DNA from: a virus
UHGV virus genome: UHGV-0090445
Length of the DNA: 40,035 nucleotides
Direction: 5' to 3' (one strand)
Below, piece by piece: positions 27,679 through 35,467 of the stretch. The notes under the pieces were generated by a model. The model saw only the letters and a program-made list of their open reading frames with translations. It made no database searches and was not told the DNA's origin. Position 1 is the stretch's first letter. Each line of letters begins with the position of its first letter. Position numbers and translations under genes: made by a program.

Positions 27679-29559
27679 TTAATACTCTGTCACGTTTTCC
27701 TGTCGCCACGCCTCGTCATATTCCGATTTCGGCATATTGGCGATGTAGCTATATGGCGATCCTGATTCAAGTTGCAGGAACTGGTGCGATTGTTCATCAA
27801 GGAACAACGGGACACCACCTTCCCAACCTTCGCCGTTACGTTGTTTTTCTAGCATCAAAACAGATGCCGGAGACGCCAGTAGCTGTTCGTCCTTCTCTGA
27901 CATCTTTTCACCACTCTGAACTCTCTGTAACGCTCTCTCGCGAGCCTTGTTACGCCAGATGATGAAAAGGTTGTCTGTCAGGTCTGTTATCGCTCCAGAG
28001 CCTTTTACGTCCATTTTCCCGGTTGGTTTTTCTTCGCTGTCTCCTTTTCGCGAGTGAGTAACGAGAATGACGTGGGAGTTTGTTTTGTTTTTGAAGTCGC
28101 AAATCGAGTCAACAAACGCCTTCTGCCCGTTATAGTCATCGTCGCCTATGCCACATTTCATCAGGCTGTCGATGATGAATAACTGGATCCCGTATCGGCG
28201 GCGAGCGTAGTCGAATATTTCGATCAGCCTGTCGGCTTTCGCCGTTCCGGTCAGGCCAAACACCCAGAGTCTTTCGTCATAGAATTTAAATGCAGAGTCA
28301 ATTTCAAGCACTGGCGGCATCTTGCAGCACGTTGCCTGACGGGTAAGGCGCTTAAGGAGAATACCAGGCTTCAGCTCAAGTGACGCGATGCACGTCTTCA
28401 CACCCTGACGCATTGCCTCAAGTGCCATATGCCCGACAACCTCCGTTTTTCCGTGACCGTTCACACCATTGACCAGCGTCAACTCGGCCTCACGGAACTG
28501 GAATTTATCTGCCAGAGATTCCCACGGTGGATTAAACAGATACTGCTGCTTGCCGTAGAAAGCGTTGATAGTGTCCTGGTAAAACTCTCGCGCGCTGTAG
28601 AGTTCTTCAGGGTCGAAGTAGGATGCCGTGCCGATGTACTGCCAGATTTCATCCTCGGTAACACCGTTCATCAGGCATTCGTTGATGTCTTTGTACGGCA
28701 GAGTAACAAGACGGCAACGATGTTCACCGAGTCGGCTTGCGATTTCCCTTGCGGCTTCACGACCAACATCATCAACGTCCATCGAGATGAATATTTCCTC
28801 AAACCTGTCGAGGTTGTGATACTCAAACTCAATCCACTGTTGCTTAGCGCCTTTCCCGCCACCAAACGGCACGGATAACGCCGAGATGCCGTATTGCGCA
28901 TAGCTCATACAATCAATTTCGCCTTCGCAAAGTACAACCGCCCTCACGCCAGCGTCCAGAGCCTGCCATCCGAACAGACAAGGTTCGCAATCACCTTCTG
29001 CCATAATTACTTTCTTCCCGTCCGGGCGATCAGTGCTGATTCGCTTGACCTGCAACAACTCACCATCGCGTTTGTACGGAAGCACCAGAGCATCCAGTTC
29101 TCGCTCTCCATTCCACACCTTGCCGCTGACAACCTCGTAGCGCTTTACGACTTCTGGCGATATACCACGCGATTGCAGGTACTCAAGATGGGATTCTGTT
29201 CTGGTAACGTAGCGGGCGATTTTCTTGCGATCAGGTCTGGAGAATTTTTTCTCACGTTTGGCATCGAAATGGTGATCGTCATCCTTGATACCGAGAAATG
29301 CTTTCGCTTCCTGCATAGCCTGATGCAGGTTAATTCCACGACATGCCATCCACAAATCAAGCATGTCACCGCCGTCTCCCTCAGCGAAATCAGCCCATTT
29401 TTTCTTGCCGCTAAGGTTGACCTTAAGGCTGTTTCCCTTGTCACCGTTGACGTTACCGGCAACCCACTCATGCCCCTCTTTCTTGCCGTTTGGCAACAGG
29501 TGCGGAGCCACCCTGTCAACCTGCGCCCAAAGCAGGTCGCTCAGTTCACTTGGAGTCAT
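27679..29559 (-). CDS. Bifunctional primase-helicase (Toprim-type primase N-terminus, DnaB-like helicase C-terminus)
   Basis: 626 aa; Toprim-like acidic motifs (VVLCEGEIDCMS, FISMDVDDVGREAAREI); Walker A LVNGVNGHGKTE and DnaB-like FIIDSL...; downstream of the initiator gene. Confidence 0.85.
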   Translation of the reverse strand: MTPSELSDLLWAQVDRVAPHLLPNGKKEGHEWVAGNVNGDKGNSLKVNLSGKKKWADFAEGDGGDMLDLWMACRGINLHQAMQEAKAFLGIKDDDHHFDAKREKKFSRPDRKKIARYVTRTESHLEYLQSRGISPEVVKRYEVVSGKVWNGERELDALVLPYKRDGELLQVKRISTDRPDGKKVIMAEGDCEPCLFGWQALDAGVRAVVLCEGEIDCMSYAQYGISALSVPFGGGKGAKQQWIEFEYHNLDRFEEIFISMDVDDVGREAAREIASRLGEHRCRLVTLPYKDINECLMNGVTEDEIWQYIGTASYFDPEELYSAREFYQDTINAFYGKQQYLFNPPWESLADKFQFREAELTLVNGVNGHGKTEVVGHMALEAMRQGVKTCIASLELKPGILLKRLTRQATCCKMPPVLEIDSAFKFYDERLWVFGLTGTAKADRLIEIFDYARRRYGIQLFIIDSLMKCGIGDDDYNGQKAFVDSICDFKNKTNSHVILVTHSRKGDSEEKPTGKMDVKGSGAITDLTDNLFIIWRNKARERALQRVQSGEKMSEKDEQLLASPASVLMLEKQRNGEGWEGGVPLFLDEQSHQFLQLESGSPYSYIANMPKSEYDEAWRQENVTEY

Positions 29560-29669
29560 TACGCTGACCTCAGATCGAGACGGTTAAACCAGAACTCAAC
29601 GAATGCAGAACTAAGCCAGCCATGGTTATAGCCAGCGATAAGTAACGATTTGATTCTGGATTTCATGGT

Positions 29670-30467
29670 TCACCTGTCGAAAAACACGTAGCCAGTTTTC
29701 GATACGGTGATTGCGGATGATGGTTTGGATTGTGGTTGAATAGTTTCTGGCTTCTCGTCGTTCCAGCGTTGACCGTTCAGGTAGCTCGATGGTAACAACC
29801 TGTCGAACCCGAACTGCTTACCGAGCCTGCACGCAATGTCTTCTGCCAGCATCGTGGCAAACTCGCTTGCCGTCCCCCTGGTAGTTTTACGCCATTCCCT
29901 GAACTGTGTTCTGAATGCTGAAGCTGCGTTTTTCTTCCCGGCTTTCCGCATGCCTGCACACCAGAATATTTCCTCGAATGCCTTGTCGGTTTCTTCGTGA
30001 CGGTCAGGAGTTTTTTCACACTCTGTTCGGACATGTTCGAACATAATGTTTTTAGGTTCATTGACTGGTTCAAAAGAGTGATAGGTTCTGGGGGCAGCTC
30101 CTGCCCCACCCCCTAGGGCAGCTCCTGCCCCACCCCGGGCAGCTCCTGCCCCACCCCGGGCAGCTCCTGCCCCACCTGATTCTGGTTGGATTTGTTGTGC
30201 ATTATCCAGCGTCAGATAAAAAACGTTTGACTGGTTAAGCTCTCCTTTTCTTCTGAATTCCCTTTTCAAAAGCCCCATCTCTTCCAGTGCCCTAATGTGA
30301 CTTTTTACTGTCGATCTGCTCACCTCACACTGGTCAGCGACATGTTGATATGAAGGCCAGCATTCGCCATTATCATTGGCGTTATCGGCAAGTTTAATCA
30401 GAACCAGTTTTCTCAGTGGGTTGCCAACCTTTATATTCATGGCCTTAGCCATAAGATTCATGCTCAT
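29670..30467 (-). CDS. Replication initiator (O-like, winged-helix HTH N-terminal domain) containing the origin iterons
   Basis: 265 aa; N-terminal RKLVLIKLADNANDNGECWPSYQHVADQCEVSRSTVKSHIRALEEMGLLKR; internal peptide repeats GGAGAAR x4 encoded by the iterons. Confidence 0.75.
   Translation of the reverse strand: MSMNLMAKAMNIKVGNPLRKLVLIKLADNANDNGECWPSYQHVADQCEVSRSTVKSHIRALEEMGLLKREFRRKGELNQSNVFYLTLDNAQQIQPESGGAGAARGGAGAARGGAGAALGGGAGAAPRTYHSFEPVNEPKNIMFEHVRTECEKTPDRHEETDKAFEEIFWCAGMRKAGKKNAASAFRTQFREWRKTTRGTASEFATMLAEDIACRLGKQFGFDRLLPSSYLNGQRWNDEKPETIQPQSKPSSAITVSKTGYVFFDR
30094..30176. repeat. Origin of replication iterons: four dyad-symmetric repeats with 21-bp spacing
   Basis: GCAGCTCCTGCCCCACC at 30094, 30118, 30139, 30160; each contains GGGGCAG/CTGCCCC inverted arms; located inside the initiator coding sequence as ori-lambda is inside O. 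Confidence 0.7.
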
Positions 30468-30619
30468 TTTGACTTCTCCGAAGTTTTGTACCTGTTAAGT
30501 ATTTCTCTCAGTGGCACAGCTATTGCTGGATTAACCCCCTGATAAAACTGGTCACGTAGCACATCTTTTCGGTGATTAACGCGTTTATTTTCCTGCGTTT
30601 TTCGCATATAATTACCTCG

Positions 30620-30689
30620 TTGGATGTTGTTAAAATTCCATTTGTATTTGATCAGAACGCTCGGTCTTGCACACCGGGCGTTTTTTATT
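30620..30689 (+). ncRNA. oop-like antisense RNA overlapping the 3' end of cII
   Basis: 3' part CCATTTGTATTTGATCAGAACGCTCGGT-cttgcac-ACCGGGCG-TTTTTTATT resembles remembered lambda oop 3' region and terminator; -10 TATAAT at 30607..30612. The 5' end and promoter are less certain because upstream sequence diverges from lambda. Confidence 0.45.
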
Positions 30690-30926
30690 GGTGAGAATCG
30701 AAGCAACTTGTCGTGCCAATCGAGCCATGTCGTCGTCGACGACACCCCATTCAAGAACAGCAAGCAGCATTGAGAACTTTGGAATCCAGTCCCTCTTCCA
30801 CCTGCTGATCTGCGACTTATCAACTCCCACAGCTTCCGCTGTCTTCTCAGTTCCAAGCATTGCGATTTTGTTAAGCAACGCACTCTCGATTCGTAGAGCC
30901 TCGTTGCGTTTGTTTGCACGAACCAT
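30630..30926 (-). CDS. cII: CII transcriptional activator (lambda-type)
   Basis: Internal start Met21 of ORF 30630..30986; MVRANKRNEALRIESALLNKIAMLGTEKTAEAVGVDKSQISRWKRDWIPKFSMLLAVLEWGVVDDDMARLARQV... essentially identical to remembered lambda CII. Confidence 0.9.
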   Translation of the reverse strand: MVRANKRNEALRIESALLNKIAMLGTEKTAEAVGVDKSQISRWKRDWIPKFSMLLAVLEWGVVDDDMARLARQVASILTNKKRPVCKTERSDQIQMEF

Positions 30927-31005
30927 ATGTAAGTATTTCCTTAGATAACAATTGATTGAATGTATGCAAATAAATGCATACACCATAGGTGTGGTTTAAT
31001 TTGAT

Positions 31006-31037
31006 GCCCTTTTTCAGGGCTGGAATGTGTAAGAGCG
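31006..31037 (-). promoter_or_regulatory. nutR (boxB hairpin plus boxA), lambda-type
   Basis: Minus strand reads CGCTCTTACACATTCCA (boxA) then GCCCTGAAAAAGGGC (boxB), matching remembered lambda nutR; flanked by lambda-like tR1 region sequence. Confidence 0.8.
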
Positions 31038-31045
31038 GGAATGTC

Positions 31046-31261
31046 TTAAGCGGCTTTGTGTTCCGGAGGGAACACGTCATCAAGACTGACTTTTGCGCCT
31101 AACTTGTTTAGGCATGCAACAAGAGCGCGGCATGTTTTAAGGTCTGGGAAGCGACGACCAGATTCCCAATGTCCGATAGCTCCCTGTGTGCATCCAACTG
31201 CCTTAGCAAGTGTTGTTTGAGAGATATTCAGTGACTCTCGATATTTTCGTAGGTTGCTCAT
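31046..31261 (-). CDS. cro: Cro-like HTH repressor (XRE family, non-lambda immunity)
   Basis: Internal start at ATG 31261 (MSNLRKYRESLNISQTTLAKAVGCTQGAIGHWESGRR...) with SD GGAGGG; divergent from the repressor gene. Confidence 0.8.
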   Translation of the reverse strand: MSNLRKYRESLNISQTTLAKAVGCTQGAIGHWESGRRFPDLKTCRALVACLNKLGAKVSLDDVFPPEHKAA

Positions 31262-31287
31262 ATGCCCTCCATAGTAACCATGAAACA

Positions 31288-31316
31288 ATAATACGATATG
31301 TACTTTTAGAATGCAA
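31288..31316 (-). promoter_or_regulatory. pR-like promoter within the OR region
   Basis: Minus strand -35 TTGCAT, 17-nt spacer, -10 TATTAT upstream of cro; GTAC-containing dyad motifs nearby (operators not precisely defined). Confidence 0.45.
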
Positions 31317-31378
31317 ACAAAAAATACATCTTGTGCATGGATGGTTTTAGTACAGAGCGTAATAATAAGGGTATGAAA

Positions 31379-32032
31379 ATGAAATGGTATGAACTGGCTA
31401 GATCCAGAATGAAAGAGCTCGGCATAACTCAAGAGAAGTTAGCTGAAGAGCTTGGTATGACGCAGGGTGGAATTGGTCACTGGTTGCGCGGATCTCGTCA
31501 TCCATCTCTTGACGAGATTGGTGTGGTGTTTAAATACCTTGGTATTGATAATGTCTCATTCAACCACGACGGTACATTTTCACCTGTTGGCGAATACTCA
31601 TCTGCCCCCGTTAAAAAACAATATGAGTACCCTGTTTTTTCTCATGTTCAGGCCGGGATGTTCTCGCCTGAGCTTAGAACCTTTACCAAAGGTGATGCGG
31701 AGAGATGGGTCAGCACAACCAAAAAAGCCAGTGATTGTGCGTTTTGGCTTGAAGTTGAAGGTAATTCCATGACCGCGCCAACAGGATCCAAGCCAAGCTT
31801 TCCTGACGGGATGTTAATTCTCGTTGACCCTGAGCAGGCTGTTGAGCCAGGTGATTTCTGCATAGCCAGACTTGGTGGTGACGAGTTTACCTTCAAGAAA
31901 CTGATCAGGGATAGCGGTCAGGTGTTCCTACAGCCACTAAACCCGCAATATCCAATGATTCCATGCAATGATAGCTGTTCCGTAGTAGGGAAAGTTATCG
32001 CCAGCCAGTGGCCTGAAGAGACATTTAGTTAA
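31379..32032 (+). CDS. cI: CI/C2-type prophage repressor (HTH plus LexA-like S24 autocleavage domain)
   Basis: ORF 31331..32032, probable start ATG 31379 ([35 protein letters not shown]...); C-terminal S24-like region with GNSMTAPTG and catalytic-type Lys. Confidence 0.85.
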   Translation: MKWYELARSRMKELGITQEKLAEELGMTQGGIGHWLRGSRHPSLDEIGVVFKYLGIDNVSFNHDGTFSPVGEYSSAPVKKQYEYPVFSHVQAGMFSPELRTFTKGDAERWVSTTKKASDCAFWLEVEGNSMTAPTGSKPSFPDGMLILVDPEQAVEPGDFCIARLGGDEFTFKKLIRDSGQVFLQPLNPQYPMIPCNDSCSVVGKVIASQWPEETFS

Positions 32033-32157
32033 CAGCCTCACCACTCTAAAACACACAACAATAACCCGACCTTAGCGTCGGGTTTTCTTTTTCCAAAATA
32101 TAAACCCATTAAATACAAAGCGTTATAAAAAACCAATTATATTTAGAACATTTTGTA

Positions 32158-32186
32158 TTGACTCGATAAAGTACAAATCGTACTAT
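32158..32186 (+). promoter_or_regulatory. pL-like promoter
   Basis: -35 TTGACT (32158..32163), 17-nt spacer, -10 TACTAT (32181..32186), about 40 nt upstream of nutL; adjacent GTAC-containing dyad (AAGTAC-aaatc-GTACT). Confidence 0.5.
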
Positions 32187-32226
32187 TTAGCCATCAGCAG
32201 GACGCACTGACCACCATGAAGGTGAG

Positions 32227-32256
32227 GCTCTTAAAAATTAAGCCCTGAAGAAGGGC
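32227..32256 (+). promoter_or_regulatory. nutL (boxA plus boxB), lambda-type
   Basis: GCTCTTAAAAATTAA followed by GCCCTGAAGAAGGGC (32242..32256) then AGCATTCAAAGCAG, matching remembered lambda nutL. Confidence 0.85.
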
Positions 32257-32442
32257 AGCATTCAAAGCAGAAGTCTTTGGGATTGGATGAATGCGCAGGC
32301 TGATGCGCACACGAATGTAACTTGCTGGTCAAGTCTCCCCACAGCGACGGGGGTGCAACTGATTCATTTCGTGGCATGTCTAGCTAGCCGGGGTTCAGCG
32401 CCGGCCATCCAATCACCAAAGCTAACTGACTGGAGAATCCAG

Positions 32443-32769
32443 ATGGATGCACAAACACGCCGCCGCGAACGTCGCGCAGAGAAACAGGCTCAATGGAAAG
32501 CAGCAAATCCCCTGTTGGTTGGGGTAAGCGCAAAACCAGTTAACCGCCCTATTCTCTCGCTGAATCGCAAACCGAAATCACGAGTAGAAAGCGCACTGAA
32601 TCCGATAGACCTTACGGTGCTGGCTGAATACCACGAACAGATTGAAAGCAACCTGCAACGTATTGAGCGCAAGAATCAGCGCACATGGTACAGCAAGCCA
32701 CGCAGTGAAATGGGTGTGACTTGTGTTGGTCGCCAGAAAATGAAATTAGGCAGCAAACCACTTATTTGA
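32443..32769 (+). CDS. N: Antiterminator N (lambda-type)
   Basis: Internal start ATG 32443 of ORF 32287..32769; MDAQTRRRERRAEKQAQWKAANPLLVGVSAKPVNRPILSLNRKPKSRVESALNPIDLTVLAEYH... matches remembered lambda N arginine-rich motif and body. Confidence 0.9.
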   Translation: MDAQTRRRERRAEKQAQWKAANPLLVGVSAKPVNRPILSLNRKPKSRVESALNPIDLTVLAEYHEQIESNLQRIERKNQRTWYSKPRSEMGVTCVGRQKMKLGSKPLI

Positions 32770-32777
32770 GGTGATAT

Positions 32778-33029
32778 ATGGAGTTTCATGAAAGTGCGAT
32801 TTGTGATTTTCGCGCTAACGCAAATTCAGTAAAACCACAGCCAATTGCAGTTCTTTTTAAAACAATGGGTGCGTGGGCTGTTTTATGCTTCGCCGCTGAC
32901 GACACTGACGCAAGAATGGCAATAGGCCAAGAGATGGAGATGGACCCGACAAACGATGAATTCATAATTTATGGCGCTCCATCTAATTACTTACTTGATA
33001 CCTGCAACATTTACAACAAGGCTGCCTGA
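32778..33029 (+). CDS. Hypothetical early protein (83 aa)
   Basis: ORF from track immediately after N; no family recognised. Confidence 0.45.
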   Translation: MEFHESAICDFRANANSVKPQPIAVLFKTMGAWAVLCFAADDTDARMAIGQEMEMDPTNDEFIIYGAPSNYLLDTCNIYNKAA

Positions 33030-33069
33030 TGGTGGCCTTTATTTTTGGCATAAACAATATGGGGTAAAA

Positions 33070-33396
33070 ATGAAAGTTTTAATGGTTTATGAAAATGTTC
33101 CAGAGTCGACTGAAATCTATATTTTTGATGCCAATGAAGATGAAGTTAACGATTTGAAATTGTCTCACGGCAATTACACAAATGCTAATTGTGATGAAAG
33201 TATCGAAAAAGCACTATCACGTGTTCTTGTCAGAATTAGTGATCCAGAACATTGTGATGATGATTGGCTTTCTTATTGTGGAGCGGTAAAAACTGATGCA
33301 GGAAAATGGAGTAAAAGTAAAGTTGATAACTCAACTCCAATTATTATGAAAGATAGCGATATTGAAATGGTAATAATAACCGGAATGATTATGTAG
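33070..33396 (+). CDS. Acidic AT-rich hypothetical early protein (108 aa)
   Basis: Internal start ATG 33070 with SD GGGG; about 21 Asp/Glu vs 10 Lys/Arg by hand count; strongly AT-rich codons. Confidence 0.5.
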   Translation: MKVLMVYENVPESTEIYIFDANEDEVNDLKLSHGNYTNANCDESIEKALSRVLVRISDPEHCDDDWLSYCGAVKTDAGKWSKSKVDNSTPIIMKDSDIEMVIITGMIM

Positions 33397-33502
33397 GCTG
33401 CGAATAAGCACTGTGTATTCATTCCAACGAGTGAATACACGGAGCAATGTCGCTCGTAACTAAACAGGAGACGACTTGTTCTGATTATTGGAAATCTTCT
33501 TT

Positions 33503-33529
33503 GCCCTCCAATGTGAGGGCGATTTTTTA
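33503..33529 (+). terminator. Intrinsic terminator inside the pL operon
   Basis: GCCCTC-CAATGT-GAGGGC followed by GATTTTTTAT. Confidence 0.4.
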
Positions 33530-33548
33530 TCTGTGAGGATATGAACAG

Positions 33549-33917
33549 ATGTCAAACATCAAAAAATACATCATTGATTACGACTGGAAAGCATCAATAG
33601 AAATTGAAATCGACCATGACGTAATGACAGAGGAAAAACTTCACCAGATTAATAATTTCTGGTCAGACTCTGAATACCGACTCAATAAACACGGCGCTGT
33701 ATTAAATGCTGTATTAATCATGCTGGCGCAACATGCTCTGCTTATAGCAATTTCGAAAGACTTAAATGCATATGGTGTTGTTTGTGAGTTCGACTGGGAT
33801 GATGGAAATGGTCAGGAAGGATGGCCTCCAATGGATGGTAGTGAAGGAATAAGAATTACCGATATCGATACATCAGGAATATTTGATTCAGATGATATGA
33901 CTATCAAAGCCGCCTGA
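33549..33917 (+). CDS. Acidic hypothetical early protein (122 aa)
   Basis: ORF from track; about 23 Asp/Glu vs 9 Lys/Arg by hand count, acidic C-terminal region EFDWDDGNGQEGWPPMDGSEG...FDSDDM. Confidence 0.55.
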   Translation: MSNIKKYIIDYDWKASIEIEIDHDVMTEEKLHQINNFWSDSEYRLNKHGAVLNAVLIMLAQHALLIAISKDLNAYGVVCEFDWDDGNGQEGWPPMDGSEGIRITDIDTSGIFDSDDMTIKAA

Positions 33918-33951
33918 GAGCGTTTTTAAAGAATACAACGAAGGAGGATAT

Positions 33952-34920
33952 ATGAGTGAAGTAACAGATTTAGTTGTTATTGAAAAAGCAAATGCAATGA
34001 CTGTATTTCAGTCTGCCGACCAGATTGAAGAAATCCTTCAAAGGGTTGAACGTGAAGTTATGTCCTTTGTGCCTGATATCACAACGGCAAAGGGCAGAAA
34101 GGAGATCGCTTCTCTGGCGTATAAAGTTGCGCAGACGAAAACATATCTCGATGGTCTTGGCAAAGACCTTGTTGCTGAACTGAAGGAAATTCCAAAGCTA
34201 ATTGATGCCAACCGCAAGACAGTGCGTGATCGCCTTGATGAGCTGAAAGCCAAGGCGCGCCAGCCTCTTACTGATTATGAGGAGGAACAGGCACGGATTA
34301 AAGCCGAAGAAGAAGCTAAGGCAGCAGCTGAAGCTCTCGCAAAGCAAATTGAGTCTGACCATGAAATAGCGATTTTGATGGATCGCGAATTTGACCGCCA
34401 AAGAGAAGAGGCAAGACTCAAAGCGGAGCAGGAAAAGCGAGAGCATGAAGAACGCTTAAAAAGAGAAGCTGAAGAGAAAGCCAGAGCAGAAGCCGAAGCA
34501 AAGGCAAAAGCCGAAATTGAAGCAGCAGCAAGGAGAGAAGCAGAAGCTAAGGCCGCAGCGGAACGTGCAGAGCGTGAACGCATTGAAGCCGAGCAACGAG
34601 CACAGCGCGAAGCAAAAGAGGCAGCAGAACGAGCTGAAAGAGAAAAGCAGGCGGCAATTGAAGCAGAACGCCGAAAAGCACAGGAGGAGGCTGAACGAAT
34701 CCGGCGCGAAGCTGAAGCAAAAGAGCAAGCCAGAATAGCAGAAGAAAAAAGAATCAAGGACGAAGAAGAGCGTAGAGCAAAGGATAAAGCTCACCGGAAA
34801 GAAGTAAATAACAAAATACTTGCTGACCTTATCAAGGTTGGCGCATCAGAAGATGTTGCTAAAAATATCATAACAGCCATCGTAAAAGGCGAAGTATTCG
34901 CAACAAAAATAACCTACTAA
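33952..34920 (+). CDS. DUF1351-like coiled-coil protein with Ala/Glu/Lys/Arg-rich low-complexity centre
   Basis: 322 aa; conserved-looking N- and C-terminal regions flanking about 130 aa of AEAKAKAE/ERAERE repeats; lies in the recombination module upstream of the annealing protein. Family name from memory. Confidence 0.6.
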   Translation: MSEVTDLVVIEKANAMTVFQSADQIEEILQRVEREVMSFVPDITTAKGRKEIASLAYKVAQTKTYLDGLGKDLVAELKEIPKLIDANRKTVRDRLDELKAKARQPLTDYEEEQARIKAEEEAKAAAEALAKQIESDHEIAILMDREFDRQREEARLKAEQEKREHEERLKREAEEKARAEAEAKAKAEIEAAARREAEAKAAAERAERERIEAEQRAQREAKEAAERAEREKQAAIEAERRKAQEEAERIRREAEAKEQARIAEEKRIKDEEERRAKDKAHRKEVNNKILADLIKVGASEDVAKNIITAIVKGEVFATKITY

Positions 34921-34944
34921 TAAAACCAACATAAGGAACCACCC

Positions 34945-35076
34945 ATGATTTACGCAATCGCGGGAGGCGCTCGCATGGGTGCCTTCCAATTAAATGAATC
35001 TTTACTTGAACGAATCATCCGTAAATTACGTGACGGATGGAAAAGAGTTGAGGTCTTATTATGCGCAATGAAATAG
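34945..35076 (+). CDS. cIII: CIII-like protease inhibitor (small; absent from the ORF track)
   Basis: 43 aa MIYAIAGGARMGAFQLNESLLERIIRKLRDGWKRVEV...; ESLLERI.RKLRDGWKR matches remembered lambda CIII core; SD AAGGA upstream. Confidence 0.6.
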   Translation: MIYAIAGGARMGAFQLNESLLERIIRKLRDGWKRVEVLLCAMK

Positions 35077-35213
35077 CCATTAATCACCAGATGCTTCGTG
35101 CTGCACAGAACAAAGCAGTAATAGCCAGATTTATTGGTGATTCAAAAATGTGGCTTGAAGCAAATAAAGCGATGAAATCAGCTATCAACCTTCCGTGGTA
35201 TCGCAGGAAATGA
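35061..35213 (+). CDS. kil: Kil-like small protein (absent from the ORF track)
   Basis: 50 aa; VIARFIGDSKMWLEANKAMKSAI resembles remembered lambda Kil (TIATFIGDEKMFREA); overlaps cIII end as in lambda. Confidence 0.45.
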   Translation: MRNEIAINHQMLRAAQNKAVIARFIGDSKMWLEANKAMKSAINLPWYRRK

Positions 35214-35287
35214 GTTTTACAGATAACTGGTCAGACGAAGAATTCATTCTTCAGATGAAAGAATTAATCGGTAACGAAGGAGATATT

Positions 35288-35461
35288 CATGTCACTTGCA
35301 ACCACAGTGAAGGAGAGCAAGTTACAGAGACGCATGTACACGCAGAAAGCTCTCTGGTATCGCCATAATGGCGACCGCGAAGGAATGCGGGTATGCCTTA
35401 ATTTGTCCAGAGTCGAAGTATTAAATCAGCGTTATTTCCTTGGGCCGTGTCCATTCTGAGG
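35288..35461 (+). CDS. Small hypothetical protein (57 aa) with strong SD
   Basis: AAGGAG 5 nt upstream of ATG 35288; an alternative overlapping 52-aa ORF (35210..35368) in another frame cannot be excluded. Confidence 0.3.
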
Positions 35462-35467
35462 TGAATT

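Noticed and set aside
30094-30176. Possible CRISPR-like repeat array
   Set aside because: Only four directly abutting 21-bp units with no spacers, inside an initiator gene; these are origin iterons.
30630-30919. N-terminal two thirds of the 151-aa minus-strand ORF 30464..30919
   Set aside because: Overlaps lambda-type cII in another frame; only its last 47 codons (30464..30607) have an SD and could be a separate small gene.
34275-34794. 160-aa and 112-aa minus-strand ORFs rich in Ser/Ala/Cys/Phe
   Set aside because: Reverse-strand artefacts of the low-complexity repeat region of the 322-aa coiled-coil protein.
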